This document shows, one piece after another, positions 34,447 to 48,730 of a stretch of 64,000 bases of DNA. Positions within the stretch are counted from its first letter, which is position 1, and every line of letters starts with the position of its first letter. Made by a program: the position numbers and the translations under genes. The stretch comes from Balamuthia mandrillaris (taxonomy: Eukaryota), in the NCBI GenBank assembly GCA_031835245.2, contig JAVKOQ020000064.1:1-64000 (forward strand), written 5' to 3'. The notes below the pieces were generated by a model. It saw only the letters and a list, made by a program, of their open reading frames with translations. It did not search any database and was not told the origin of the DNA.

Positions 34447-37319
34447 TTATACACTATCTTCTTCGAACAGCTCACGTAAGGTCTCTTCGTCGAAACGAGC
34501 ACCATCCGCTCTCGCCAGTATCACCACTAGGTTCTTTTCGTAACAGTGTTGCTTCAATCCTTCAGACAAGCTCAACAATTCTTCTATCGCGTTTTCGCCT
34601 TCCTCGTTTTCTTTCTCTTTTTTCATTCGTGTGAGCCCTTGCCATGCGTGACACATTCGCACAACATGTCCATATGAACACGTCTTCTCCGCAATCCTCC
34701 TCGCCACTTCTTGTTCTTTCTTCTTCCTCTCTTCACCGTCTTCTTCTTTTTCTTCCGTCAAATAAGCGGTCGCGATTTCTCTTCTTTCTTCTTCGTTGGG
34801 AGGGGAGAGTGTGAGACTCGGCCCAAAAGCCATCGTTCTGCGTCTCGTGAATCGTGAGGACAGAGTGCAAATGCCCGCTGGGCCACAGTTATTGATGGTC
34901 ATGTCCAAAGGAATGCTGTCCTTTTCGTATTCCGTATGTCCAAAGAACATTGCTTCCAACCCCATAATAACTTTCCTTCTTCCTTTCTTTCGGAAACATT
35001 CTGATAGTGGCTTGTCCCATTCTTTGACGTCTCCCTTTTTGCATAGCTCATAAAGGTCGATGGCAACCAACAATGTTTCCTCTTTATTTTCTGCTTCTTG
35101 CCTTTGTTCTCGTTCCTTTCGTTTTCGTTTCTCTTCTTCCGTTTCACCTTCTTTGTGTTGTTGTTCCTCCTTTTCTTTAAGACTTGCAGCAAGTAGGTGC
35201 AAAACCACTTCCAAAGCTCCGTTATCGGGAGGTGCTTGTACTTCGAAACGACTGGATGAAAAGCTGCTATACCAACGATCGTAGCTAGCAAGCTTTCTGT
35301 ATCCTTGGAACATTCTCAAAGCTTCGCCTATGCGGTTCGTCATAGGAGGAAGTGGATCTCTTTTGAAGAAAGTTGTTGTTGACGTGGTGTCTCCTTTGCC
35401 TAACCAATTGTTGTTGATGTTAAAGTCGTGTTTTTGCCAGAATGAAGAGAGGTTGAAGGCAAGTTGAGAGGTTTTGCCTTTAGGCGCGAGCAAAGAATGC
35501 AGCTCTTTTGGTGCATTCGTGCTTCGAAATGCAAACATTGTTCTTACCTCTTCTGTTATCACTGTTTCTTCTTCTTCTTCTTCTTCTTCTTCTTCCGTTG
35601 CTTTTTTAACGTGCCTTTTTTTGTCCTTTTTGGAAGAGAAAAGAATCCAATTCACAAGGTCCCATCGTCGAAGTTGGATGGCGGAAAGAAGAGCCTTCCT
35701 TCGGTTGAAAGAGAAGTTGCGTTGTGCACTAGCAATACCAATGAACTCCGCCTCCACTCGTTTTAAGAACTCTAAAGCTCGTTCATCGGGATGCACTAAC
35801 ATGTCCATCATTACTTTGTCACAAAACCAATGTAAAATGCTTTCATAGTTCGCTTCTTCGTCGCCCTTTGCTTCTTCCTTCTTCTCCTCTTCGGTCTCCG
35901 GTTTTTCTCTTTCTTTCTCAAGAAAGAGATTGTATAGATGTCTCAGCAGCATTAAAACGCAATCAACTGAGCATTGAACAGCGCCCAACAAAAGCAGTTC
36001 CTTCAAAAATCGTTCTTTCTCAACTCCTCCGCTTCTTCCTCTCCATCTTTCTCTTCCTGCTCTTTCCCTCAACAACACTACCAACGCTTCTGGAACATGT
36101 CGCTTGAAGCAGTAATGCCAAGCTGTAAACTTGCTTTCGTTGTCTCTCATACCTTCCACATCGAGTTGCTCCTCCGAATTATCTTTCGTTTCGTGCCTCA
36201 ACAGCATTTCGAGCAGAAGAGGCTGTCTTCTGTAAACGGTCGCCATCGCGGCCGTAACTCCTGTTTCTTTTGTTTGTTGGTTGACGTTAGCGCCGTAAGT
36301 CAGTAAGAGGGAGAAGATCTCCGTGCGACCGTTTGCTGCTGCGATGAGCAAAGGAAACTCTTTGTCATCGAAACGTTCATAGCCACTCCCACCTTTAAAC
36401 GAGAAAACAACAAAGATAACAGAGTAAAAAAGGAGGAAGAGAAAGGTATTAAGCACAAGAAGAAGAAGAAGAAGAAGAAGAAGAAGAAGAAGAAGAAGAA
36501 GAAGAAGAAGAAGAAGAAGAAGAAGAAGAAGAAGAAGAAGAAGAAGAAGAAAGAAAAAGAACAAGAACAAGAACAAGAAGAAGCAGAACAAGAAGAAGAA
36601 GAACAAGAAGAAGAAGAAGAAGAAAGAAGAAGAAGAAGAACAAGGAGAAGAACGAGGCATAAAACGCTACCTGGGATACTGACCATACGGTTATAAGCAG
36701 GCATCACGTCATCCGGAGAACAAAGGGCAGCACGCAACAAATGCTCCACCACCTCCACCTTGTTGTCCAACACGAGTTTGCCCAACGCAAAGCCGCCGCT
36801 CAGAACGGAGGGCTGAAACCTTTGACAACATAACGAACCATCAGAAGAAGAAGCAGAGGCAGGTTGACGATGAAGAATGCCTTGGGCCTGAGAGATGCCT
36901 CGCCAGCGGTACTCTTCGGCCACGGAGGGAGGCAACGCCTTGGAGGTGCGCTGATGGTGCAGCAGGACCCGAAGGGAGCGCCAGAAGAGAGAGGGGCCGC
37001 ATGGAACCCTAGCGTCACCGGCAAAGCCCATGCCCTCGCAAAGAAAGTGCCATGGCGTCGAGGAAGAACAAGAAGAAGAAGGCTGCTCTTCCGTTGGTTC
37101 GCTCTCTGCTGCCCCTTTGATGAGCCGATGGAAAGCCTTACAGACGGCGGAGAGGGCGACGAGGCTGGAGAGGAAGTCCCTGGTCCGTCGGTCGGGAAAG
37201 ACGGGTCCTGCTGGTTCACCGCAGTTGGGACATCGGACTCGAGTGCATAGGGAGAGGAACGTAGGAGCGACGGTCATGTACTCGTTCACCGTCCATACTT
37301 CCAGAGGCATGATGATCAT
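34447..37319 (-). CDS. F-box-like + ankyrin-repeat protein
   Basis: MPLEVW...LVALSAVCKAFHRL (F-box-like); FPLLIAAANGRTEIFSLLLTYGANVNQ and VTAAMATVYRRQPLLLEMLL (ankyrin). One intron at about 36670-36393 containing (TTC)n. Confidence 0.7.
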
Positions 37320-37533
37320 GGCTTCCTCTTGAAAAGAAGTAGGAAAGGTAACTTTATTGAAATATTTGATAACTGACGATAACAATTTGCTGCGATTATT
37401 TTTGTAGACAATGGGCTTCATATGGAGAAAAGTTGCGTTATCGCCTTTCATCGATAACGATTTTCACACAGGTTTGAGTTCCATGCTCAAGATGGAGTAA
37501 CGGAGTCCTAATGAACCCTTTTTTTGTTACGTC

Positions 37534-37598
<65 letters not shown>

Positions 37599-37922
37599 AG
37601 AGTAGAAAATCGCAGGTGAGGGTTGGAATGTATTGAAGAAATTCAAACCCTAGTTTTTGCAGACAATCCTATCTCTTCACGGTGTGAACGTTTCTCTCAT
37701 TGAGACGGTTGCCTTCTCCTTGTGCTGCAAATTTGCCCCAGATAAACACCAAGGGGAAACGAAAGGAGGAAGAGATATGAGAAAAACAAGGTGAAATGAA
37801 AGGAGAAATTTCCATAATGAGTGAGTATGAGAATTGGGGAAGTGATTTGGACAGAATTTCATGGGGAACGTTGCGCAATATTATTTGTAGACAGGTCGTG
37901 AAAAATTAGAGAGAGAGAGAAA

Positions 37923-39240
37923 ATGCAGCAGGCAGGCAAGGAAGAGGAAGAGGAGGAAAGCCAAGCCCTTCCCTCCCTGCTCCAACCCTTTGCACGTTGT
38001 ACCTACTGCAACCTCTCCAGTAACGAGCTGACCGCCTTGCCGAGTGAGTTTGGCCAGCTCACCGCTCTCACGGACTGCTATCTCTCTTGGAACAAGCTGA
38101 CCGCCCTGCCGAGGGAGTTTGGCCAGCTCACCGCTCTCACCCGCTGCAGCTTCGTCCACAACAAGCTGAGCTCCTTGCCGAATGAGTTTGGCCAGCTCTC
38201 CGCTCTCACCCACTGCGACCTCTCCTACAACAGGCTGTCCTCCTTGCCACAAGAGTTTGGACAGCTCACCGCCCTCACTCGCTGCGACCTCTGGAACAAC
38301 AGGCTGACCTCCTTGCCGAGGGAGTTTGGCCTACTCACCACTCTCACCCGCTGCGATCTCTCCGACAACAAGCTGACCTCCTTGCCGCGAGAGATTGGCC
38401 AGCTCAGTGCTCTCACTAACCACGGCTTGGCTTCTTCCATCCTTGAGAACGTACTACCTTCCACCCTATCGTCAGCAAGAAGCACTTCTCAATCAAATGG
38501 AAGAGAATGAGGAAGAAGAGCAAGAGCAAGAGCAAGAGACGAAGGAGGAGGAGAAGCAGAAAAGAGCGAAACCAGAGCAAGTACCATCCATGAGAAGCAA
38601 GCATGCCACAGTGAAAAGCTTGTGGCACTTAAGCGGAGAGGCGGTGCTGAGGAACCAGCTTTTGCCACCAGGCCTGTTGAGCCCTGTTCCCGACCCGCCC
38701 CTTACTTGGCTTTCTCCTTCTTCTCTGTCGGCGGAGAGGCCCACAAACCAGCAGAAGGAAAGGACTATAGCAGAAGAAGGGAAAGAAGAAGAAGAAGAAG
38801 AAGAAGAAGAAGAAGAAGAAAAAGAAGAAAAAGAAGAAGAAGAAGAAGAAGAAGAAGAAGAAGAAGAACAAGAACAAGAACAAGAACAAGAACAAGAAGA
38901 AAAAGGAGAAGGGAGTGTGGAGGACTTCATCGTAGAGGTGGTGCTGCCGGGAGAAGTGAAGGAACGACTGGAAAGGCTGCAGAGAAGGTGTGATGTTTGT
39001 GCTCTGCTGTTTTTGGTGGCTGAAGCGGAGGAGGAGGAGGAAGGAGGAGGAGGAGGACAAGGAAGGAAAAGGGCGGTGAGAAGGTGTTGGGACGAGGAAC
39101 GAGGAGTGTGGTGGGAGCTGTTGTGTTGCAGCCCGAGCTGCCTCCACCGGCCCCTTTCTGCCTGTTCCCTTGCCACCAGACTTCTTGCTCTTCTCTGCTC
39201 AAGTTCAATGAAGAAGAAAAACAAGAGACAGCGGCGCTAA
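37923..39240 (+). pseudogene. LRR (23-aa units) + BC-box + Zn-finger gene, copy 1, frameshifted near 38418
   Basis: Six LxxCxLxxNxLxxLPxEFGQL repeats. The C-terminal VKSLWHLSGEAV / LPGEVKERL / RCDVC / LLCCSPSC lies in a different frame; the LRR cap present in the 54760 copy is missing. Confidence 0.7.
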
Positions 39241-39439
39241 CATCTTTGCTTTCCTTTGCAAAACACAGCCCCAAAGGAAGAGAAGTCTCACGTCTGTATC
39301 TTCAGCGTCTTCATAAAAATATTGTTGTTTAAGAAGAAATGATGGTGGCCCTTTGGTAGCACTGCCTTGCACTGTGTGTGGTTCAGCTTACAAGCATAAA
39401 TGCGAATGCGCCCTCAACCCTTTAACCGACACCAGCAGG

Positions 39440-40131
39440 AGGAAATGATGAAGAGCAAGAGGCAGAGGAGCTAGACGGAAAGCAGAACAAGCAATCTCCG
39501 CCCAGGAGGAACCAGGCCACAGTGAAAAGTCTGTGGCACTTGAGTGGAGAGGCAGTGCTGAGGACCCAGCTTTTACCTACAGGCCTGTTGACCCCTGTTC
39601 CATACCTTCTCTCTGCTTGGCCTGTTTCCTCTTCCTCTTCCTCTTCCTCTTCCTCTTCCTCTTCCTCTTCCTCTTCCTCTTCCTCTTCCTCTTCCTCTTC
39701 CTCTTCCTCTTCCTCTTCCTCTTCCTCTTCCTCTTCCTCTTCCTCTTCCTCTTCCTCTTCCTCTTCCTCTTCCTCTTCCTCTTCTTCATATTGTTTTTCT
39801 CCGCCATATTAGAATGAAAGGAACACAGGAAGAACAAACAGAAGAGGAAGAAAGTATGGAAGGAGCAACAGCGGTGCTGCCAGAAGAGGTGAAGGACAGA
39901 TTGGAAAGGTCGCAAAGAAGGTGTGACGTTTGTGAAGCCCTGTTTTTAGAGGCTGAAGACGACCAGGAGGAAGAAGCACAACAAGCAGGGCAAATCGTGA
40001 GAAGGCTTTGGGACGAGGAAAGAGGAGTGTGGTGGGAGTTGCTGTGTTACAGCCAGAGCTGCTTCCACCGGCCCCCTTCCCACCTGTTCCCTCTCCGGCA
40101 CCACCCTTCTGCTGCAACAGGTTCGCCATGA
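39440..40131 (+). pseudogene. LRR-family C-terminal relic, copy 2 (no LRRs)
   Basis: VKSLWHLSGEAVLRTQLLPTGLL, a (TCCTCT)n expansion, a stop, then LPEEVKDRL..RCDVC..WWELLCYSQSC. Confidence 0.7.
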
Positions 40132-40404
40132 CTCCTATAACGTTAAACGTTGAACCATCCCCTGTGAAAAACTCCGGTAACCAATCAAATAGCTGAAAAT
40201 TTTCCCAAAATGGAAATTGCCATACTTAAAAAGGGAAAATGACCGTTCACACGACAACCGATACGTTGGCCACACAAACAAAAATGGTTGTTCAAAAAAA
40301 TCGCATCACTCCCACTTTCGTAAGCGCTGGTAGTACGGGTGGAAGGGACACCTTTATAGACAACTGTGGTTCCTTTCATAACCGAAAAAGTGGAGGGAGG
40401 CGCA

Positions 40405-41947
40405 ATGGCAGAACCAAAGAGTGGAAAGGGAAGATGCATTGGGAAGAAAGCTATCAGAGAACGTCGGTTGAGCGTGGAAGAAAAAGAGGGGCGCTTGCAT
40501 GAAGAGCCAACGGAACGGTCCGAAAGCCTCATCGAAACACTTCATCAACAACATCAAAAGCGGCAGCTCACCAGGGACAGAAGTTATAGCGCCGGTGTTA
40601 TCGTTTTCAGAGGGAGTGAAGGAGACGGGGGCGGCTCTGAAACAGACGACAGCGAACAAGAGGAACTCGAGTTTTTGTCCACAAAAAAGAAAACATCGGG
40701 GAAAGAACAGAGCAAAAGAAAGACAAGCAAAGGAGATACCTCCTATTCAAGCAGCGACACCGAAGAAGAGGTGAGGAACCGACAACGCTCCGCTAGCATC
40801 AGTAGCTTTCCCTCCAAAACCGCTTCATCTTCTTCCAACTTCCAAAACGCTTCAGAAAGCACCAAAGCAAACACCAACTCCAGTCCTCGCCTGTTCCTTC
40901 ACTCGAACGGGTCTTCTTCTCCCAGAACTTTGTCTTCCTCTTCCTCCTCTCCAAGAGCAAAGCCTGCATCAACACCTTCCTCTCCTCGACAGCACACCCA
41001 ACAACAAGCCAATTTTGCAGGAGGGGACTCCTCCCCCCGAGCCCCTCCAAGTTCTCCCACTTTGAGCAAACGGTTGAACAGTCCGAGAGGAGGCATCCTC
41101 GTTCCGACGCCCAACATCGTTCTCTCGTCGGACTCTGCTGAAACGTTGGAGATGAAAGCGGCCGCTATTTACAAAGTGAAAGAAGGTCTTCGGAGCGTTC
41201 CTATGCAACGAGGAGGAGGACCAATCTCCCCTTCTTCCACCTCTTCTCCTTCCTCAACAGCCACGAATTCATCCTCCTCTTCTTCTTCTTCTTCTACTGC
41301 TTCTTCATCTTCTTCTTCTTCGGGTCAAGGAGTTCGTTTGGGTAGTCCCCGAACCTATCTTCAAATAGGGGGTTTGTCATCTTCTAGAGGGCACAAAAGA
41401 AGCGGGGGAGGCAAAGGCCGTCCTTCTTCCTCTTCTTCCTCCTCCTCCTCCTCTGATGTTCGCATCACACAAAGCTACACCGAGATGAACGGCCTGGAGG
41501 TGATGTACCTCGACGGCAGGGAGGTCATCCGAGCGGGCTCCTTGGGGAAGATCGTGGAGTGGATGCTGAAGAAGGCTCCTGACGCTTTTCTCCTGGAAGT
41601 GCTCGTTATCGCCTACCGCCAGTTCGTCTCTCCGCTGACCTTCTTCAACATCCTCCTCCTCCACTATCCCCACCGCGATGGGGTGAAGCAAGGCCCGGCG
41701 GCGCAGGTGGAGCTCCGACGGTTCTTGGCGTTGCTGTCGCTGTGGATAAGGAAGTACCTCCTCAGAGACTTTTTGGTGAACAACGAGAAGGGCGCCCGGC
41801 TGTTTGATAGCTTGTGGCAGTTTCTGGCCAAGCTAAGGAACGATGGGTTCCTCGATGAGGCGAACCAACTCAAGTTACTTCTCATCCGAGTAAGGCTCCA
41901 CCTTTCTCTTGTCCGGCCTATCATTAATACTAAATCTATTCTCTCTC

Positions 41948-41981
<34 letters not shown>

Positions 41982-42772
41982 GGTTCTTCCTATACAGACC
42001 CGAGAAGCACATTCGAAAAAGAAACGTCACTCTTCCTCCTCCTCTTCTTCTTTTTCCTCCACCCTTTCCTCTTCCGCCAGCCAAAGAAGCCTCTTCGCCA
42101 CATCCCAGAACAACAACCACAACGCCCAACAGCCAGAAACAAACAACGACGATGATGCCACTCCCCGGACCAGAGCACGAAGAGACAGTCGTGAAAAACG
42201 CAGCAGCCGAGGCTCCGTGGAGCTCATCCGAACCGTCTCTTACTCGGACCTTTCGGTGGGAGCCTTTGCGGAGTTGGCTCCGTTGGACGTGGCCGATGAG
42301 ATGACCCGGATCGACTTTGCCCTCTTTCAGCGGGTCAAAGAGCGGGAGTTTTTGAACCTCAGCTGGAAGGACCCCAACCCCAACGTGGCCAAGAACATCA
42401 AACGGATAGTCGAAAGGGCGAACAGGGTTTGTTCTTCCAGTTGTTCTTCTTTATTCTTGCTGTTAGTTGCGTATGCTGCTTCTTCTCCATTCTCATTCTC
42501 GCTTGGCCCTTCCTCGAACGGGCATAACGATGTTATAGGTGAGTTTTTGGGTGGCCACCACGATAGTAACGTGCAGGGACCTGGTGGCACGCGTATCGCT
42601 GCTGAAACGGTTCCTCATATTGGCGGAGCGGTGCAGGGAGCTGCGGAACTTCAACACCCTGATGGTGATACTCGGAGGGCTCAACCTGCACCCTGTATCT
42701 CGGTTGAAGCGAACGTGGAAGGTTTGGTCCTCTTGCTCTCTCGCTGTCTCATTATTCCTCTTATTCTCTCTT

Positions 42773-42815
<43 letters not shown>

Positions 42816-42977
42816 TTAAACAGATGTTACCGGAGAAGTATCTGGTGCTGTTTGCACGGCTGGAGCAACTGATGGAGAACAAACAAAACTACAAAAACTA
42901 CCGCGAAGCGCTGAAGGACACCAGCGAGGCTGAAGCGCCCGGCACCGTTCCTTACATCGGTATCCTTCCTTTGTTAA

Positions 42978-43028
<51 letters not shown>

Positions 43029-43370
43029 AAGCTCGACCTTCTGTTCGTTGAAAAGCTAAGCTTTCGCGCTCCAACAGGCGTGTACCTGCGCGACCTTGTA
43101 TTCATAGAAGAAGGGAACCCCACCATCCTCGAGAACGGGCTTATCAACTTTGAGAAGCTGCTGATGATCGCAAAGACCATAGTGGAGGTGCAACGCTTCC
43201 AACGGGAGGCCTATCAGCTGGAGCCTTGCAGGTCCAGGGCGTTGGAGCATTACATCAAGAAGCTTCGAGGGGAGGACGAGAAGACCCTTGACACGCTTTC
43301 CTTTGCTTGCGAACCGAATCGGGGCTCCTGCAGCGTTAGCGACATCGAAGAAGAAGAGTACGCAACATAG
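40405..43370 (+). CDS. RasGEF (REM + CDC25 domains)
   Basis: IRAGSLGKIVEWM, AYRQFVSP, DVADEMTRIDFALF, VSFWVATTIV, LRNFNTLMVILGGL, VPYIG|VYLRDLVFIEEGNP, LINFEK. Confidence 0.93.
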
Positions 43371-43529
43371 CGACGACCAAAAGATAAAGTTCTTCCTTTC
43401 TCTCTTGCTCCTCATTCCATGTCTGTCGGAGGTGGCGAAGAAAGAGGACAGAAGAAACTGTATTCCTGTGATGTTAACATGAACAACGTGCATTCTGTTG
43501 TGTTAGTGGGTCCTTTCCTGCTCTGCTGG

Positions 43530-43650
43530 CAGGCCTTTTGGCACACTCCAGTATCCCAGGGACGTCCATTCTCTTTGGCCAACCGCAGAACTTCCAGGGG
43601 CTGCCTCCTAAGGCAGCAAAGCAGAGGTCGTTGCATCCCAAGGCCCTCGG
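43530..43650 (-). pseudogene. Relic of 'GCPWD'-type ankyrin repeat gene
   Basis: PWDATTS/AFAALGG/LEVLRLAKENGRPWDTGVCQKA reconstructed across two frameshifts. Confidence 0.5.
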
Positions 43651-43665
43651 CCTTCCCCAAACGGT

Positions 43666-44122
<457 letters not shown>

Positions 44123-44141
44123 ACGACCAAAAAGATTTCTT

Positions 44142-47100
44142 TCAACCGAAAAGAGAAGCATCGTTATGCACAGTTAAGAGATGCATTCCGAGGTCATCTA
44201 ACGTCCAAAATCTGCACTGGCAATGAGCGCACAAGAAACAAGAGTTTGAGAGCTGGGAAGAACGGGAAGAAGAAGAAGCAGGCGTTCCGTTCTTGTTGTC
44301 CGTATGCAAGGCTATTGTTGTTGCATCTCTTCTATCATCCGTTATCGATTGCTCCTCCGGTTCTTCTTCGCTTCGTGTTAGATTGTTGTATCGTTCCGTT
44401 ATTTCTCTTTCATCATCTCCGTATCTTCCGTCGTCCTCTTCCTCATCCAAATCAACGTCTTCTTCGTCTTCACTATCGCCATCATCCTCATCATCACTTT
44501 CTGCTCTTCTTTTTCTTGAAGAAGATAAAGAGGAAGAAGGATTTGGTAGAGTGGAAGAAGTAGCATAAGCAAGTGCAATCGCTGTGTTGCGGTGATGCTG
44601 TTCGTCCATTTCTTGCTGCAACATCATCGCTAACCGAAAGTCCTCTTCTTCTTGTCTTGTCATTGGACCCATCACATTCACATCATTATTCGCTTTGTTG
44701 TTGCTTTGATCCGCTTTTGTTGTTGTCGTCGTTACTGAAGTCGTTGGATTTTTCGGTGTCTGTTCTTGACTCTCTGTTTTTGGTTGTTGTTCTTGTTGTA
44801 CAGTAGAAGTTGATGAAGAAGGTGATGAAGAAGAAGAAGAAGCTAAAAAGTCTTGAAGCCATTCACACTGCATGGAAGAAGTATCTTCAAGTGAACGTCG
44901 TTTGTAGAAGAGGAGGTAGGCATCGCTGGTGCACAGCTCTTTGTGCAAGAGGTTTCCCTCTATTTTGTGGGCGGAGCTGTCGTTGAGCTTGTACCACTCT
45001 CCTTTGAGCATGTTCTTGGCCAATGCCGTGTAATGGCCAGAACCTAAACCTCCCATGTGATTCTATTTTTGTGTTGTTTGTTTGAGTTGTTTTGAAGAGA
45101 ACGTAAAGAAAAAGAAGCAACCAATAGAGAATCAAAAGCAAAAGTAAAACACAAAACAAAAACAAAAACAAAAAGAAGACCACAAAAGACAAAAAGAAGA
45201 AGCAGAAAAGAAATAAAGACAGCAAAAAATGCAAGTTACCGAAACAGCATAAAGATCATAAATCAACGAGTTCTCTTTGGCTCCCTGCGGCATGGCGGCC
45301 AAGGAGGAGGCATGCACGAACGGCGACAGGTCTAATCCCTCCGCTGGGAACTCCACCATGGTCGTTAGCTTCTCCCGAAAGACGTGCGTGTACTGAAATC
45401 GTTTCAGGTGGAGGATGAGAATGGGAGGAGCGTTCCACAGTTGCATCTTCTTTCTGGCTCCTGGCCGGTGAGTCTTGCAAGAAGGACAGAACCAAGAAAC
45501 TGTTGGTTCTGATGAGGGGCTTATCATCATTCCTGATTCGGATTGTTGATGAGAAGAGGAAGAAGAAGAGTCGCTTAAAAGCTCTTCGGTGGTGAAGAGG
45601 TCGAGACAGTCGGCAAGAGAGACTTGGAGTTCGTTGTCGGCTTCAGTTAAATTTAAGCTTTCATGTATTGCATAATCCTTTGTGTTAAAGAAGAAGTGAG
45701 TAAGAAAAAGAAACGAACCCACAAAACAAAGAAAACGCTTAACAAACCTCTTTTTTTTGTGGCAAAGAGGCAAGAAGATCTTTATCCCACTCGATGGCAA
45801 TTGCTTTCTGGTCATCGAATCCCCAAAGCTCATCGTCAGGAGGCATCACTGCTCCCTCAGTTGCTCCCAAACTGTCCACCACGAAAAGTTTCAATAGCGG
45901 TAATCGTTCTTCTATGTGTTCATCTTCCCTTGCTTCTGCCTCGTCAAACAAGAAACGGCTGACTTGGCTTCTTATCATTTTGTGAAGTTGCGCTCGGGTA
46001 GTCAGCGTGCGATCGAACGAGATGATGAAAGGTTTGCTGAAAAGGAAGAAGCTGTTTTGGTGTTTGTTGTTGCTGCTACGGATAGAAGATGTCCTTTTCC
46101 GATGGAGAACGTAAACGTGGGCGATATTGTTCACGATCCGTTTTGTTGATTGTTTCAGTTTCTTTGCGTTTTCTTCTTTGTCCTTCCCTATCTCCTTTTC
46201 TTTTCCTTTTTCTTCTTTCTCTTCCACCACCATCTTTCCTTTGCCTGCTTCTTCCTCTTCATCCTTCTCTACTAATACCATCTTTTCTTTGCTTTCGTTC
46301 TCACAAGTTTCCTTCTTCATTTCCGTCGGCGCTTCTTTCATCCTATCATCGTCTTTCGTTTCTTCTTCTTTTCCTTTAATACTAGTTGTTCCATCTTCGG
46401 TAATTCTTGTTTTATCTTCTTCCTTTTCTTTTCCTTTTCGTTCACTCTCATCTTTGCTTTCTTCTTGCATTTTATCTTCGTCTTCTTCTCCAACGATAGT
46501 CCATTCCGCAGAAGGGGGCAAAACCTCGTATGCATACACCACGTCTGAGCTGCGAACGTCGAACAATCGTTTGCCATCCGGAATAACAAACGCTCTGCAA
46601 CTGTAGATATCTGCCAAAAGCAATTGCTCCGGTTGAAGTCCCACTAATCGAGCTAGTGCCTCCTTCAAATCTTTCATTGTTCCCATTTTAGAAACGCGAA
46701 CACCGTATTTAACGAGAACGGAATTCTTCTTTCTCTCCTTGTTGTTGGCGTTGTGATGGTCAGACATCCAAAAGAGATAAACGGGGATGAGGCGTTGATC
46801 TTTGGAAGGAACGGGAAGAGAGAGAAACATGAAAGGGTCGAAAGTCACGGAGACGTGGTCACAGGTGGGACAAGTGACGGCAGATTGAAGTTGTCCTTGA
46901 AAGAGGTCAACAATAACCGATTGATTTCGTTGTAGGTGACGAGCCCAAGAAACTGTCATTGTATAATGAGAGTTGAAAAAAAAAACAGATGTAAGACGAA
47001 ATAAGAAGAGAACAGAAGAAAGAAGTAACATACTTTCAGCTCGTTCAACATCGCTCTGATGAGGGACAAAGCAAAGTCCCTCTTCCATATAGGGCTTATC

Positions 47101-48730
47101 CACCACCCGGTTTAAGTCCTCATGCAATCCATCCAACACGAACGTGAGGAACTCTTGCGAGTCATGCTGCTGATAGCCGCTAAACTGAGGAGCGTACTTG
47201 GAGAGAATGCTCTTGAACTCTCTCGGTACGACGCTGGTGTATCGGCCGCTCCAAATAAGCTTGAGGAGCTCTGCAAAGGATTTAGCTAGATCTCCTTTCA
47301 TGCCTAAGGGATTGGTGGGATTGATCTCAGTGAGGTAGACGTCTTGCAGGAAATAACGAAGCAGTGGGGTGGTGTTGCTGAGGCATTGTAACGCGCTGTT
47401 CATAAAACAAGTATTGCCCAAATTATATAACCCGGTTGCTCCTATTTTTGGGCACACATAATGTGTGTTTAGTTCAAACAGAAAATGAGATAGAAAGAGA
47501 AAAATACGAGAACAAAATGATGAAGAGAAACAAAAACATACCAACAACAGGTGGAGTACCAACGACGTTGACAATCTGAGGAGCATATGACCTTGGGGAC
47601 GAACCATAACTGCGGTGGTAAGCGCTATCCAGGGTTGGAGGTTGTCCCTGAATATGAACGATCTGCCCGTCACGAATATTCAGCTCCTCCAAAGTGTGTT
47701 CCATCATGTCTTGTGGCACTGGCCGAACGGTCCTTCCCTCTTGTAGGTAGAGCGTCGTTTTGTGGGGCGGGAACATCATGATACCGGCCAAATGTCGTCT
47801 CATGTCTTTTATCTTGGCTGTTCTGCTGAACTTGCACTCTTCCGTTGGATGATCTTCATCTTTTTTTTTTTTTTTTTGGGATTAAGTTCGACAACGAGAA
47901 CAGAAGACCGGGAAGAGGAGAAGGGAGAGTCCAAAAGGAAGTGGAAACAAACCAACTGGAAGGGGCTTGATAGGACGAGAAGAGGCAGTAGAGGAGATAG
48001 GCTGTCGGCGCGTCATTCTAATGGTGATAGGATAGAGCTCTACCTGGAGGGTCTGCAAGATGCCAACCGCGATGACGGAGCGTTCCACCACCGGGAAAGC
48101 ACCATACCATGCGTAGAGCCGCTTCCAAACGGTTCTTGGCACCAAAACATAGTCCACATTCAGTGTGAGCCCTCTTTTCAGCGTGTCCACGCTCGTTGCT
48201 GTTTGTTCGTCTTCTCCTTCCTTCTCTCCTCCATCGTCTACCGTCATTTGTTCCTTCCTCTCTCTTTCTTCTTCTTTGTCTTTTCTGCCTTGTTCCTCGC
48301 GTTCTTCCTTCGCTGTATGGTCTCCTCCTTCTGCTTCTTGTTTTTCCAGCTGTCGCTTCTCCTCTTCAGTGGCGATCAGCTCCGTGTTGTCAATGGCTCC
48401 TGGCCGTTGCACCACCGCCGAATAGGCCTCTCCTCCTTCTACCTCCTTTCCTTCCTCTCCCTCCTTCTCCACCCTGCCTTGCTTCACATCAAACCGGACG
48501 TACTGCTTCCACAGCTGCCACCACCGCATGGAAACGAGGTAGTACCGGTGCTTCAAGCGCATCCGGTCCTTGGCGAGGAGCCTCTTCACGATGTCGCGCT
48601 CCTGCTGAGGCAAGGCTTGGATCTCCATCTCTGCGCTGTCCTCGCGGTCGCTGTCTCCCTCCTCGCCTTCTCCCTCGATATCCATCCGCTTCTTCTTGTA
48701 CCCATAGGTAGAGGTCCAGTAGTAAGACAT
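44142..48730 (-). CDS. Ubiquitin-specific protease, USP4/11/15 family (DUSP, UBL, split UCH)
   Basis: YYLVSMRWWQLWKQYV and PGAIDN (DUSP); GATGLYNLGNTCFMNSALQCL (Cys box); QQHDSQEFL; LHLKRFQY; NHMGGLGSGHYTA and WYKLNDS (His box). Start uncertain. Confidence 0.92.
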
